Below are positions 46,783-56,736 of a stretch of DNA of 64,000 bases, one piece after another (position 1 is the stretch's first letter; each line of letters starts with the position of its first letter). Below the pieces are notes generated by a model that saw only the letters and a list, made by a program, of their open reading frames with translations, was not told the origin of the DNA and did not search any database. This DNA is from a virus (Duplodnaviria > Heunggongvirae > Uroviricota > Caudoviricetes > Thumleimavirales > Hafunaviridae), in the IMG/VR virus record IMGVR_UViG_2595698614_000001, positions 12,135-76,134 of that record, one strand, 5' to 3'. The position numbers were made by a program, and so were the translations under genes.

Positions 46783-47264
46783 GTCTCAATCTCGTCTCGC
46801 CACTTCTCCGAGAAGAACTCGGGTTCGTACTTCCACTTGTTTATCGACGGGTCGTTACGGTACAGTTCGTTCGTCAGCTCTACCATCTCGTAGAAGCCCC
46901 GCTTCGTCAGGTACTCCTTTTCCTCATACGCCGGGAGGATTTCTCCCATGAAGATGGAAGCCAACTCGCTCTGCTGAATCAAGTACGGGGCCAGCGGCCC
47001 GTAGAACCGCTCAATTGACTCAGCATCAGAGATTTTGAACAGCATCGTCGTTCCGCTATCTTTGATTTCCCATCGGACTCCCTGCTCGGAACAGTATTCC
47101 TCGAACAGCCCGAAAACGGCAGTCTGTGGGTCGCTACGACTGATTTGGACGTATGGTTCTATCTTGTATCCTGTCTTGAAGTCATCATCCTCGCTGATTT
47201 CCACTCGGAACCGACCGAGTGAATCGACTACTCCGGCTATGTACGCTACGTCGTCCTCTTTCAT
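46779..47264 (-). CDS. LAGLIDADG-family homing endonuclease (single-motif type)
   Basis: 161 aa; N-terminal AYIAGVVDSLGRF matches the LAGLIDADG helix; free-standing between two intergenic element copies. Confidence 0.55.
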   Translation of the reverse strand: MKEDDVAYIAGVVDSLGRFRVEISEDDDFKTGYKIEPYVQISRSDPQTAVFGLFEEYCSEQGVRWEIKDSGTTMLFKISDAESIERFYGPLAPYLIQQSELASIFMGEILPAYEEKEYLTKRGFYEMVELTNELYRNDPSINKWKYEPEFFSEKWRDEIET

Positions 47265-47311
47265 ACCCGGCCAGTACGGGCCGGGTGGGTGTTAAGTCAT
47301 TCATTGGTCAC

Positions 47312-47371
47312 GAACTTAAAGACTTAGAACCGGCATCTTTAAGTCATTAGTTCCCGTCTATTAGAGTGAGG
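47312..47371 (-). promoter_or_regulatory. conserved composite intergenic element, inverted copy 6
   Basis: gaacttaaagactta...catctttaagtcattagttcccgtctattagagtgagg directly upstream (minus direction) of the homing endonuclease gene; a box-2 copy lies at 47449-47477 facing the + gene at 47555. Confidence 0.5.
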
Positions 47372-47554
47372 AGTTCTTCCGAACGGGTTACTAACCAGTA
47401 TAGTACCTACTCTACTCTAACACTCTACTACACTCTGTTAGGTAAAGAGACTCGATGAAGTGAATCTCTCTTAGTTCTACACTTAGTAGTTATACAGTAG
47501 TAGTTATACAGTTAGTGGCCTCTCTCGGGGGAATCTCACTTGAGATGATATTCT

Positions 47555-48034
47555 ATGGAAACTCTAACCGAGAAGCAACCACCTGAAGCACTAACTCCCG
47601 ATACCGAGAACGCGACTTACTTCGACCCGAACGAGCGGAACAGCACACCGGACAAGTTCCGGCGGCTGATGCTCTACAATCGGGGAACGTGGCACGACCG
47701 CCGCGAAGAAAACAAGCGAGTCACCCACCGACAGGACAACCTCGCTATCCTCGATTCCCTTTCCGGCCAGCTCGAATTGACTCGGTTCCAGAAGCAGAAG
47801 GCGCGACGAATCTATGACAAACTCGACCTACAAAACCTCGGCAAGCCAGCTTGTCTCGTTGCTTTTGGTGTCTGTGCTGTCGTGGCTAACGACGACGTTC
47901 ACGATGGGACTCGTTACTGGCCGACCGCCAACGACACCTGCGAGCTGTTCGAGAACATCTCGGACAACCTCGGCTTCACGGAGAACCAGCAACTCAGCAT
48001 CATTCTCACCATCGACCACCGGAGGTCGGAATGA
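47555..48034 (+). CDS. hypothetical protein
   Basis: 159-aa ORF. Confidence 0.4.
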   Translation: METLTEKQPPEALTPDTENATYFDPNERNSTPDKFRRLMLYNRGTWHDRREENKRVTHRQDNLAILDSLSGQLELTRFQKQKARRIYDKLDLQNLGKPACLVAFGVCAVVANDDVHDGTRYWPTANDTCELFENISDNLGFTENQQLSIILTIDHRRSE

Positions 48035-48495
48035 GCGAGTTTACGATTCTTCGGGATACCCGAGAACACGAGGGCCACGGGTACTGGTTCGAGGATTACC
48101 CCGTGAAGGTGAAGGAACAGAAGCTACGAACCGGAGACTACGCCGTAGAGCAACCGGGCTACTACGGGAAGCACGGTACGTATGTTCCTCCCTTCGCCGT
48201 GGAGCGGAAGGCGAAGGGCGACTTCCTCAACTCTATCACTCACGAACGCGACCGATTCGAGAGGGAGTTGGGACGAGCGGATGATTGGGATGCTCCGATG
48301 CCGGTCGTCGTTGAAGCTCCGTGGCTCGATTTTACTCAGGGGAATTACTATCGCAAGGTGAATCCGAACTCGATTATCGGGACTGTGGAGAAGTGGCCCG
48401 GCTACTACAACGTGGATTTCTTCTTCAAGCCAACCGTCTCCGACGCCGAGAAGTTCACATTCGAGTTCCTTCGCTGGTGGAACAACCGTTCGTGA
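48031..48495 (+). CDS. ERCC4-type (XPF/Mus81/Hef-like) nuclease
   Basis: 154 aa with the ERCC4 signature triad ILRDTRE / TGDYAV / VERKAKGD; 4-nt overlap with the upstream gene. Confidence 0.55.
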   Translation: MSEFTILRDTREHEGHGYWFEDYPVKVKEQKLRTGDYAVEQPGYYGKHGTYVPPFAVERKAKGDFLNSITHERDRFERELGRADDWDAPMPVVVEAPWLDFTQGNYYRKVNPNSIIGTVEKWPGYYNVDFFFKPTVSDAEKFTFEFLRWWNNRS

Positions 48496-48805
48496 GCGCC
48501 GCCAATTCTGTCAACCTTCTTCTGACGAATCACGATGCTCCTTGGGTTGCCTAACTCTGATTCTCGCCCTATACCACTACAACTGTCGTCGTCCGTGTTC
48601 TGTAACATAATTTCCTAATGCCACCACTTTCCCGAAATGCAAGATTACGCGGTCGGTAGAAGACAGGACGTTCGCAACGCATTTCCGATAGTTACGAACC
48701 TTGGTTTCTTGTTCTCTGTCGATACTGAACGTCTTAACGCTGAACGCAGTCATTTAGTGAATCAATGCTCGATTTTAACTCATCGAGGGAGAGTAAGTTC
48801 CGCTG

Positions 48806-48994
48806 TTAGTTCTTCGGCCTACGCTTAGTGCGACCTCGCAACCGCTGGCGTTCTGCGACTTCTTTCATCTTCTCCCGACGACCACCGTTCCGTTCTTCTG
48901 ATACCATCTTTTGAAGCATGAACACGGGAAGTAGGACGAGCGCCCCAACGGTGATAGCTCCGAACACCATCAACCCGGCGACCAGCTCACTCAT
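48806..48994 (-). CDS. small membrane protein
   Basis: 62 aa, N-terminal hydrophobic helix, basic C-terminus. Confidence 0.3.
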   Translation of the reverse strand: MSELVAGLMVFGAITVGALVLLPVFMLQKMVSEERNGGRREKMKEVAERQRLRGRTKRRPKN

Positions 48995-49325
48995 TTCGCT
49001 CCTCCACCCACGAGATTGCTGTTGCGAGAGCGCACATCATTTCCATGAACCAGCCGGATTCGGCGTGAAGGTTGAACACCGGGTATCCGTCCACGGTGTC
49101 TCCGTTATCGAGGAACTCCACCTCTCGAACGACTATGTTGTAGCCGTTCTCCGGGTCGTCGCCTTCCGGGTACACTTCGACGCAGACCTCCTTCTTGTCG
49201 TTGTAGAGTCGGAAGTCGTAGCCGGAGTGTCCCGCGTCGATGGGGCAATACTCCCAATCGTATTTGGTGAGGTCGGGGCCGACGTGGTTGCCGGTCGTGT
49301 CCGTCTTGACCGCCATCACAACCAC
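48987..49325 (-). CDS. hypothetical protein
   Basis: 112-aa ORF. Confidence 0.35.
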   Translation of the reverse strand: MVVMAVKTDTTGNHVGPDLTKYDWEYCPIDAGHSGYDFRLYNDKKEVCVEVYPEGDDPENGYNIVVREVEFLDNGDTVDGYPVFNLHAESGWFMEMMCALATAISWVEERNE

Positions 49326-49612
49326 CCCAAGTCTTCAGCAATATCCTTCCCGACCCTCGCCTTTCGCTCGGCGGCGTACTCATCCTGCTCGATGCTTTCG
49401 ACCGCCGCGAGCCACGCTTGGCGTGCTTTTTCCTCGGGGATAACTGAATGGGCGTTCCCCAAGTCCAGTTCCCGAACGTAGTAGTCGTAAGTCTCTGCGA
49501 TTTCGGTGGACTCGTCGCCCGTGTTCGGAGCGAAGCCTGCCGCGACAGCCGGGCAACAGCATCCACCAATCGTGTCCTTTCCGTAAGCGAAGTTTTGGGT
49601 TTGCGTACTCAT
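49316..49612 (-). CDS. hypothetical protein (CCC motif near N-terminus)
   Basis: 98-aa ORF. Confidence 0.35.
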   Translation of the reverse strand: MSTQTQNFAYGKDTIGGCCCPAVAAGFAPNTGDESTEIAETYDYYVRELDLGNAHSVIPEEKARQAWLAAVESIEQDEYAAERKARVGKDIAEDLGWL

Positions 49613-50054
49613 TGTTCGTAGACGACCTCGTATTTGTCACCGACCCGAACCCGAACGTATCCGTCACCGTAATCGTTCGGCGGGTCGCAGTCCAGAATCT
49701 CGATTTTCTCGAAGTCCGTGATTTCCACGGCCACCAGAGCGTCTTCGTACAGCCGCTCGATGAAGCGCCACTCGTTGTGGTAGTCTTCCTCCGACGCGAG
49801 GTACGCCACGTCCGGCTTCCCCTCTCGGAGCAACACAACGCGCTCTACGTCGCACCGGAGAGAACGCATTTCCTCACACTCCCATCCCTCTCCCCATCGA
49901 CCCTCGGCGTAGTGGCACGACTCGATGAAGACAGCCGCTCCGTCCTCGAAGATGGGGTAATCCGGGTCACACGGCATCCACTCGTGGTCGTGAGAATGGT
50001 CGGGAGCGTTCCACGGCGCTCGTGGGTCGCCAGCCGACGTTCCCGGCGGGTAGT
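49609..50054 (-). CDS. hypothetical protein (probable GTG start coupled to the upstream stop)
   Basis: open frame continuing from the 50058-50330 gene; GTGA start/stop overlap; the ATG-initiated version of the ORF track would overlap the upstream gene by about 160 nt. Confidence 0.3.
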
Positions 50055-50057
50055 TGC

Positions 50058-50330
50058 TCACGCTTCCACCTCTCGGCGCGTCGAGGACGGCCCGTAGCTC
50101 AGGATAGCCGAGAACGAGAGCGTCTTTCGCTGACCACGGTTCAGGTCGTGTTTCTCGGCGTGCTTTTCCACGATTTCCGTTTGCCGGTCGCCATCGAGGT
50201 AGTGGTCGGCGTACCAACCACTCCCGTACTCGTCGGGGTTCTCCAGCACTTTATCGAAGTCGAGGGGCGGTTCTGCCTCCGCGTACATCTCGCGGAGAAC
50301 GTCGTTGAGGATTTCTCGTAGCTCAGCCAT
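50058..50330 (-). CDS. hypothetical acidic protein
   Basis: 90 aa from MAELREILND; ATGA overlap with the upstream gene. Confidence 0.35.
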   Translation of the reverse strand: MAELREILNDVLREMYAEAEPPLDFDKVLENPDEYGSGWYADHYLDGDRQTEIVEKHAEKHDLNRGQRKTLSFSAILSYGPSSTRREVEA

Positions 50331-50761
50331 CACTCGTCTCCGTGAACCACCGGGGCGATTGCGAGGTACTTCTCGGAGTCCTCGGGCTTCACCACCAGAA
50401 TGAAGTTCCACTCGGGGTGGATGAACAGCGCCTCCGGGTTCTCCCGAAGGTTCACGTCGAAGAACTCCTCGGCGTGGTCGAAGTAGGAGAACTGAACGCG
50501 GGTCTTCTTGCTCTCGTCTCCCTCCACCGGATAGAGGTCAACGTAGTGGCCGTTGTCCGTTCGCTGAACGTCCACCGGGTGTTTTGACGCGAGCTGGTAG
50601 TCCCACGTAATTCGTCGATTCTTCTTCCTCAGGTCGTCCCCGTAGGTTCCGAGGCAGACCGTGTTTTCGTCGTTCTCGATTGCGCCCTCCAACGTGTCGG
50701 TGTTGACGCTACCGAACAGTTCCTCGAACTTCTCCTCATCAGTTGTAATGGTAACACTCAT
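50330..50761 (-). CDS. hypothetical protein
   Basis: 143-aa ORF. Confidence 0.4.
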   Translation of the reverse strand: MSVTITTDEEKFEELFGSVNTDTLEGAIENDENTVCLGTYGDDLRKKNRRITWDYQLASKHPVDVQRTDNGHYVDLYPVEGDESKKTRVQFSYFDHAEEFFDVNLRENPEALFIHPEWNFILVVKPEDSEKYLAIAPVVHGDE

Positions 50762-51189
50762 TATTGGTTCTCTGAGTCTTTGCCGCGAAGCTCATACAGA
50801 GTCTTCACGAACTCCGTCATATCCTCGAAGCTACTCCGCTCGACCTTCTCGCCGTCGTAGTACGCCGATTGGTTGTCTCGAACCATATCGAGGCAATCGT
50901 CGCACAGTCCGTTCCGGGGGCCGGGAGTCTCGTTGCCGCACACCTCGAAGTATTCGCACTCCCAATCCTCAGCCTGCGGCTCTTGCTGAGTGGAGTTGTG
51001 CTTCGTGTGGGTCGTATTGACCCCGAGCTTATCCATCCAGTAGGAGATTGTCCCGGCGGAACAGCCGAGTTCGTCTCCCATCTCGGACTGGTCAAGTCCT
51101 TTGTCGTGATACAGCTCACGGAGCGTTTCTTTGTCCTTCCACGGGTCTTTGTCGGGGATTTTCGCCCCGAAGTCAGCGAGAGTAGACAT
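50761..51189 (-). CDS. HTH protein with C-terminal Cys cluster (putative transcription regulator)
   Basis: 142 aa; sigma-70-region-4-like HTH (LGCSAGTISYWMDKLGV) and CEYFEVC...CDDC. Confidence 0.4.
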   Translation of the reverse strand: MSTLADFGAKIPDKDPWKDKETLRELYHDKGLDQSEMGDELGCSAGTISYWMDKLGVNTTHTKHNSTQQEPQAEDWECEYFEVCGNETPGPRNGLCDDCLDMVRDNQSAYYDGEKVERSSFEDMTEFVKTLYELRGKDSENQ

Positions 51190-51338
51190 TACTCTAAGAG
51201 GCCGTCTCCATCGGGTTCATGCTCTCCTCCGAATCCATCCAGTAGGTCGGGAAGGGGTGAGTCGGCAGTAACCAATCGGGCTGACATACCGACGCTAACA
51301 ACACGGGGTTGATTTCCTGCTCTTTCACTACGCGACAC

Positions 51339-51605
51339 CTACCACCACCCCTCGAATCCCATCACTTGACGGGCGAGCTGGTCGATAGAATCACGTCCGT
51401 TCAGGAACAGGACGTTCGACACCATCTGCTTGATAGCATCGAGTCGGGGGAACACCGCTTCCCGAATCTCCATCCACTCCTTCACAACTCCCCGGAGGGA
51501 GCGGGTCTTGTCGTAGAACGCCGCCACCAGTTCAGCCGAGAACTGCCGGGCGAGGTTCCACGCTTCAAGCTGTTCGAGGTAGCGTCCGTGTAGTCCATTA
51601 TCCAT
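51339..51605 (-). CDS. hypothetical protein
   Basis: 88-aa ORF. Confidence 0.3.
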   Translation of the reverse strand: MDNGLHGRYLEQLEAWNLARQFSAELVAAFYDKTRSLRGVVKEWMEIREAVFPRLDAIKQMVSNVLFLNGRDSIDQLARQVMGFEGWW

Positions 51606-52004
51606 TTAAGCAGTCACCTCAGGGGCGTGAGCCGGTCGGGTCGAATTGATGCGCCGAACGCCGAACACTTCCATCAGGATTGCCTGATTGTTGTAGTCGG
51701 CTCGGGAGTACGCTTCGTAGAGGTCGCCGTCCCACAGCGCCGAAAAGAAGTGACCGCCGTAGTGGTCGAAGTCCTCGGCGTTGTCTTTGTTAAGCGCCTC
51801 CCACTCTCGGAGGTACTTCTTGACCTCCACGAGAGCGGAGTTTCGAGCAACGGTCTTCCCGTCATCACGCTTCTTCTCCATCGAGGACACGTCGAAGTTA
51901 CACACCTCGATGAGTCGTTCATCAGCTCCGGCCCACCGGAGCAGGGTTCGTTCTTGGTCGGTCAGGTCGGGCGTCGGGTCGGTGAAGTCAGTTAGTTCTT
52001 TCAT
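51606..52004 (-). CDS. hypothetical protein
   Basis: 132-aa ORF. Confidence 0.35.
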   Translation of the reverse strand: MKELTDFTDPTPDLTDQERTLLRWAGADERLIEVCNFDVSSMEKKRDDGKTVARNSALVEVKKYLREWEALNKDNAEDFDHYGGHFFSALWDGDLYEAYSRADYNNQAILMEVFGVRRINSTRPAHAPEVTA

Positions 52005-52053
52005 TGATTATGTTCCTCTAAGAGTCGGAGTAGTATCTATAAGTCTTTATCGC

Positions 52054-53850
52054 TTATCGCCACGGAGCGGTTTCGGGGTTCTCCCAATGCTCCGGGGGTT
52101 CGTCTCGAATTGCCTCGGAGAACCACTCCGGCGGTTTCGTCCGGTTCATCACCTTCTCGAACGCCCCGTCGATGATGTAATATGAAGCGGCTTCACTCGG
52201 CTCCGGGCCACGGACAGCTCGGCCCACGGACTGCTGAACGTCCAGAGACGCCGACTCCATATACCAATCCCAGTCGTTCCGCTCATCGAGCAGGTAGGAC
52301 ACTCGGTTGTCACCGAGGTAGGGGTAGGGAACCTTCAAGAGAACCTGCCACCGGCAACGGTCGCCGTGGAGGTCTACGCCCTCCATCATCGACGGAGAGA
52401 TGAGAATATCCTTCTCGCTGTTCACCCACTCCTCAATCATCTCCTCCTTGTCCTTGTCTTGGTCTTGGACGATGACGTTCTTCCGACCGAGGGAGTCAGC
52501 GAGCTTTTCGGCCCGCTTGTAGGAGTTGGTGTGAATCAGACCGTTCTCCCCCTCGTGGTGGGAGTGAATCTCGCGGATAGTGTTGATAACCTTCTGCCAG
52601 TTGCGGTCTTCACCGTCGCCGCTCATCGAGCCGACGATAGTGTTCTTGTGAATCAGCCGGTGTTCCTCGGGGAACGGCATCGGTCGGCTGATAAGCTTTG
52701 TAGAGCCTTCGAGTCCGATTCGCTCGGCCCACTCAGCGATGTTCTCCCGGTAGGGAATCGTCGCGGAGGAAATTACGCGCTTGTTCCCACGGCTCCAGAT
52801 GAACCGTTCGAGGAACTTGTCCACGTCCACCGGACTAATCACCATCTTCTTCTGACCCAACTTACCGAACTTGCTCACCGTCACCGTCCACGGTCGTCCG
52901 TCCTTCACCTCCCGGTGACAGTATTCGACCTTCTTGATGAAGTCCTTACATTGGTCAACCTCGGCGGTCTTGTTCGGGTCTTCATCGTGGCGGTCAACGA
53001 AGTTCGTTGCCCGGTCGTAGAGACTGTTGAGGATGTGGGTAATGTCCTCGAAGCGTTCGTAGTCCCACGAGATTTTGTCGTCCGTGTTCCGGTAGACCTT
53101 GTTCGGGAGAGTCCACGGAGAGATAGTGAACCCGGCGAACAGCGAAGCAACTTGGCTTTCGAGGCCGTGACCCTCATCCACAATCACGAGGTCGCGGTTG
53201 TCGAACGAAATCTGTTCCTCCTGAACGTCGTTCACCAGAATCGTCGTCGGGAGGTAGTTGTCCACGACGAGCATAGCGAACGTGAGCGCCGCTATGTCGG
53301 CGTCCATCGCTCGGGCCTTCGACCGCCAGTAGGTACACCCGGCGATAGTTCGGCAGGACTGATTCTCCATCTCGTCGGGGAGAGAGCAGTCCTTACAGTT
53401 GTCACCGCTGGCTCCGCAAATGTAGTCCTGCCGGGACTTCAGCATCGTGACGTATTCCTGAAGGTCAACGTCGTTGGCGAGCTGATTACGGAGCTGTTTC
53501 TGAGGGGTAGTGTAGAAGGACTTGCCCGACTCGATGCCGTAGAGCTTGTAGTTGAAATGGTCTTCAATACGACTCTTGTTCTTCTTCAAGTGGGAAATCA
53601 CCCGACCGAGAGTGACGTTGATGGGTGACTTCCCAATCCCGGTGGGGCCGTCGATTACGACGTTCGTGTGACCCTCGATGAACAGGGCTTCGAGAGCGCC
53701 CTTCAGAATCTCATCTTGGTAGTCACGGTATCCGGGGAACGGGAAAAGGTCGTCAGCGAGGTGAAACAGGTACTCTCGAAGACCATCTCGATTCCTCGAA
53801 TAGTTAGCTAACGGTTCAACTCTCGGGACGCTTTGGCTTACTGAGGACAT
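52054..53850 (-). CDS. Rad3/XPD/DinG-family SF2 helicase with Fe-S domain
   Basis: 598 aa; Walker A IDGPTGIGKS, 4-Cys insert (CGASGDNCKDC...C) before the DEGH box LVIVDEGHG, downstream helicase motifs. Confidence 0.65.
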   Translation of the reverse strand: MSSVSQSVPRVEPLANYSRNRDGLREYLFHLADDLFPFPGYRDYQDEILKGALEALFIEGHTNVVIDGPTGIGKSPINVTLGRVISHLKKNKSRIEDHFNYKLYGIESGKSFYTTPQKQLRNQLANDVDLQEYVTMLKSRQDYICGASGDNCKDCSLPDEMENQSCRTIAGCTYWRSKARAMDADIAALTFAMLVVDNYLPTTILVNDVQEEQISFDNRDLVIVDEGHGLESQVASLFAGFTISPWTLPNKVYRNTDDKISWDYERFEDITHILNSLYDRATNFVDRHDEDPNKTAEVDQCKDFIKKVEYCHREVKDGRPWTVTVSKFGKLGQKKMVISPVDVDKFLERFIWSRGNKRVISSATIPYRENIAEWAERIGLEGSTKLISRPMPFPEEHRLIHKNTIVGSMSGDGEDRNWQKVINTIREIHSHHEGENGLIHTNSYKRAEKLADSLGRKNVIVQDQDKDKEEMIEEWVNSEKDILISPSMMEGVDLHGDRCRWQVLLKVPYPYLGDNRVSYLLDERNDWDWYMESASLDVQQSVGRAVRGPEPSEAASYYIIDGAFEKVMNRTKPPEWFSEAIRDEPPEHWENPETAPWR

Positions 53851-54104
53851 TTTTCAGAAGTATCTGGTCGGCTCGTCAACAGCCGGGACGACCAACTCCC
53901 GACGACGCCCCACCGTGGGGCGTTTCGCCATTACTCTCGCCAGCAACGCCGCTCTATGTCGATTATCTCCGATACGTCACGGCGGGGCTTCGATTTGCCA
54001 CGACGCCGCCAGCAAGCCTTCCGGCGGAGTGAGTAGAAATACTCGTAGTCGGCTTGCTCTATCTTCTCAATATCTTCTTCCATACTACCGAGGTGACACC
54101 GCAA

Positions 54105-54425
54105 TTATTCGTCGGCCTGTTCAAACCAGAACTTCACACCAACTCCCTTCCCGGTGAGAGTAGCGAAGGAGAACTCGAATCCGAACTCCTCCATCGTCTT
54201 CCTCTCGCTGTTCATCACGAGGTGGGAACACGGGTCGCCACTACTGTCCACGTAGGGATGGAACGGAATCAGGAGCATCTGAACGTCCCCCTCGTTCCCA
54301 ACTCGGATGTGGCTCAGCTCACGGAACCGCTCGGGAAGCTCGTCGAGGATTCGTTCTTCGAGGTCGTCGGCGGTCGGTTCATCGGTGTTGTTGCTACTGC
54401 TCGGAAATGCCTTTGTCGTACTCAT
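54105..54425 (-). CDS. hypothetical protein
   Basis: 106-aa ORF. Confidence 0.3.
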   Translation of the reverse strand: MSTTKAFPSSSNNTDEPTADDLEERILDELPERFRELSHIRVGNEGDVQMLLIPFHPYVDSSGDPCSHLVMNSERKTMEEFGFEFSFATLTGKGVGVKFWFEQADE

Positions 54426-54430
54426 TAGGA

Positions 54431-55084
54431 TTACTCGCTGGTTTCTCGCTCTCGCTCTCGCCGGGCGCAGATGTTGCTGAGGAAAAGCTTGAGAGAGTAT
54501 TCGGGAATCGGTCGGTCGGCGTTCTCCACGGCGACTCGCGGGCTGATTACCTCGAACGGCTCACCGTCCGGGTCGTACATCCGCCACTCTCCCTGTCCGA
54601 GTGCTTCGAGAGTGTACGTCACCGGCTCTTTCGAGGATAGGTGAACGTAGTAATCGTACTCGTACCGGACTCCCTTGGAGTGAAGCGGCCCTTCGAGCAG
54701 GTTTATCGCTTCACCCAAATCCTCACGGGCTTCCTCGATGAAGCGGAGCTTCGTGATGATGTCGTTGTAGAGTCCAGCGTAGGCGAGCTGTTGAACGGAC
54801 TCGCTCTGGTCTTCCGGGTCGTTGTAGAACCGCTCGCCACCTTCGTTGTAGAAGCCTTCCTCGGCGTGGTAGATTACACACCGCTGGTAATACTGAATCA
54901 GCTCGTGGTTCTGAACGGCGGCTTCAGCGACCGCCCACAGCGGGATTTCCTCCGGTAACTCGTTCGGACAGTAGGCCGGGGTTCGTATCTCCTCGGCCCC
55001 TTCCAGAGCGTAGTCGTAGTATCGCTTTGCTGTTGCCTGTACCTCTCGGATGTAACTCTCGAACGTGTCGTACTTGTTAGTCAT
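54431..55084 (-). CDS. hypothetical protein
   Basis: approx 217 aa from MTNKYDTF. Confidence 0.4.
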   Translation of the reverse strand: MTNKYDTFESYIREVQATAKRYYDYALEGAEEIRTPAYCPNELPEEIPLWAVAEAAVQNHELIQYYQRCVIYHAEEGFYNEGGERFYNDPEDQSESVQQLAYAGLYNDIITKLRFIEEAREDLGEAINLLEGPLHSKGVRYEYDYYVHLSSKEPVTYTLEALGQGEWRMYDPDGEPFEVISPRVAVENADRPIPEYSLKLFLSNICARRERERETSE

Positions 55085-55222
55085 AGGTGGTAGACCTCTG
55101 CTCCGATAATCGCCGCCCAAATCAACACCGCTCCGAAAACTACGGCGTAGTAGCTCACACAGCCACCATACCGACAGCCCCGCCGTTCCCACCGCCCCGC
55201 TTGAAGAACTCTCGAAGGAGGT

Positions 55223-56074
55223 CTACCACAGTTCGACCCCCGGAGTGTCCACGTACAGCGGGCCGATTAGCTCGGCTACTTCGCTGAAGTTCTCCGGCTT
55301 CACGATGAAGCCCCGCCACGACAAGCTGAACTTCCCGAGGTCGCGTTCCTTCAGCTCCTCGTCAATCACTCGGCAGATGTGACCGTTGTAGAGCCGGGGA
55401 ATCACGAAGAACCCCTGAGGGAACTGTTGAATCTCGAAGGTCGTCGGCTTCTCCTTCACCAACGAACCCCACAGGTGGGTCTTCTCCGGGTCGTCGCCGT
55501 GTTGGGACTTCCACATCTGAGTCACGAGGCTCCGGTAGCGTTCGTGGGCGTGGAGGGCTTCGACGTTCCTCGGCTCTTTCAACACATCGAGCGTGTCTAT
55601 CTCATCGAGGTGGTGCTTGAGGTCGTCCACCACGAGGGCCTTTGCGATGTTCTCGTTCAGCTCCTTCATCACGCCGTAGAGGGTATCCGACGCCCATCCA
55701 TCCTCCACGGTCTGCTCGATTGTCTCCGGGTCAAGAACGAACCGGCGGTTGTAGGAGAACACCTTACCACCGACCGACTCGTAATACTGCTCGATGCGTC
55801 CGAACTCCGTCTCCCACACCTTCGGGTCGTCGTTAGCGGCCTCGAAGTCGGGACGATTCTCGAAAATCGTCTTACTCTTGCCGTTGAAGATTTCCCGAAT
55901 CCAGAAGTCGTCGTAGAGGGGCTTCGGGTCGTCCGGGTCGGTAAGCTGACCGGCCTTCCACACCGGATGAACCGGGTCGTCGGGCTTCAGAGTCGTTGTT
56001 CCGAGGTGTTTGTTCTTCTTAAGTTCGACCAGCGATTCTCCAGCCGTCGTCTCGATAGCAGTTGGAACGCTCAT
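55223..56074 (-). CDS. hypothetical protein
   Basis: 283-aa ORF; a GAGTCTTTA box lies 4 nt upstream of its ATG. Confidence 0.4.
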   Translation of the reverse strand: MSVPTAIETTAGESLVELKKNKHLGTTTLKPDDPVHPVWKAGQLTDPDDPKPLYDDFWIREIFNGKSKTIFENRPDFEAANDDPKVWETEFGRIEQYYESVGGKVFSYNRRFVLDPETIEQTVEDGWASDTLYGVMKELNENIAKALVVDDLKHHLDEIDTLDVLKEPRNVEALHAHERYRSLVTQMWKSQHGDDPEKTHLWGSLVKEKPTTFEIQQFPQGFFVIPRLYNGHICRVIDEELKERDLGKFSLSWRGFIVKPENFSEVAELIGPLYVDTPGVELW

Positions 56075-56090
56075 TTTGAGTCTTTAGGAG

Positions 56091-56279
56091 TTACCGAACC
56101 ATTCGCCGCGCCGCCATTCCACCAACGAACTTCTGGTGGTGCTGTCCACAGAGGATGAACCGCGCCGTGTCGTCCTCCGCAATCCGCGTTCCCTGATAGG
56201 GGCAGGGGTCGTCGTCGGTCGCTACTTCTCGTCCGTGGTGACACATCTCGTCGCCGTGGTAGTGTTCAAAGTCAACCAT
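56091..56279 (-). CDS. small His/Cys-rich protein
   Basis: 62 aa with HYHGDEMCHHG...CPY...CGQHH. Confidence 0.3.
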   Translation of the reverse strand: MVDFEHYHGDEMCHHGREVATDDDPCPYQGTRIAEDDTARFILCGQHHQKFVGGMAARRMVR

Positions 56280-56736
56280 TAGTGAGTCTCCGCGTAGTGC
56301 TGTTCGTGAGTCTTTGCGCTGAACATCGAGAGCTTATCCTGCCACCACCGCTTCCAGAGGCAACGGAAGTTGCTACACCGAACGCCGTAGGAGCGTTCTT
56401 CGACCGTTGAATCACAGGCAGGGCAGTTCTTCGGGTAGTCGTCGTGTGGTTCCATTACTGAGTCACCTTCTTCGCACAGCTCCGGCAGTAGTACCGCTTG
56501 TCCGGGTCACTCGGGAAGGCGATTCTCCAGCCGCCGCTCTCCTTATCCTGAGTAACCGGGGTTCCGTTCAGCCGGGGGCCGCCACATTTCTCGCACTCTA
56601 AGGCCACGTCCCACCTCGGAACTCGATGAAGCGCCCTTCGTCGTGGTCGTAACCACCCCGGACTACATCTCGGCAGTCCTTACACCGCCACTTCGCTTGG
56701 TAGCCCCGACCGGCGAGCCACGTCCGATTCTCGTGG

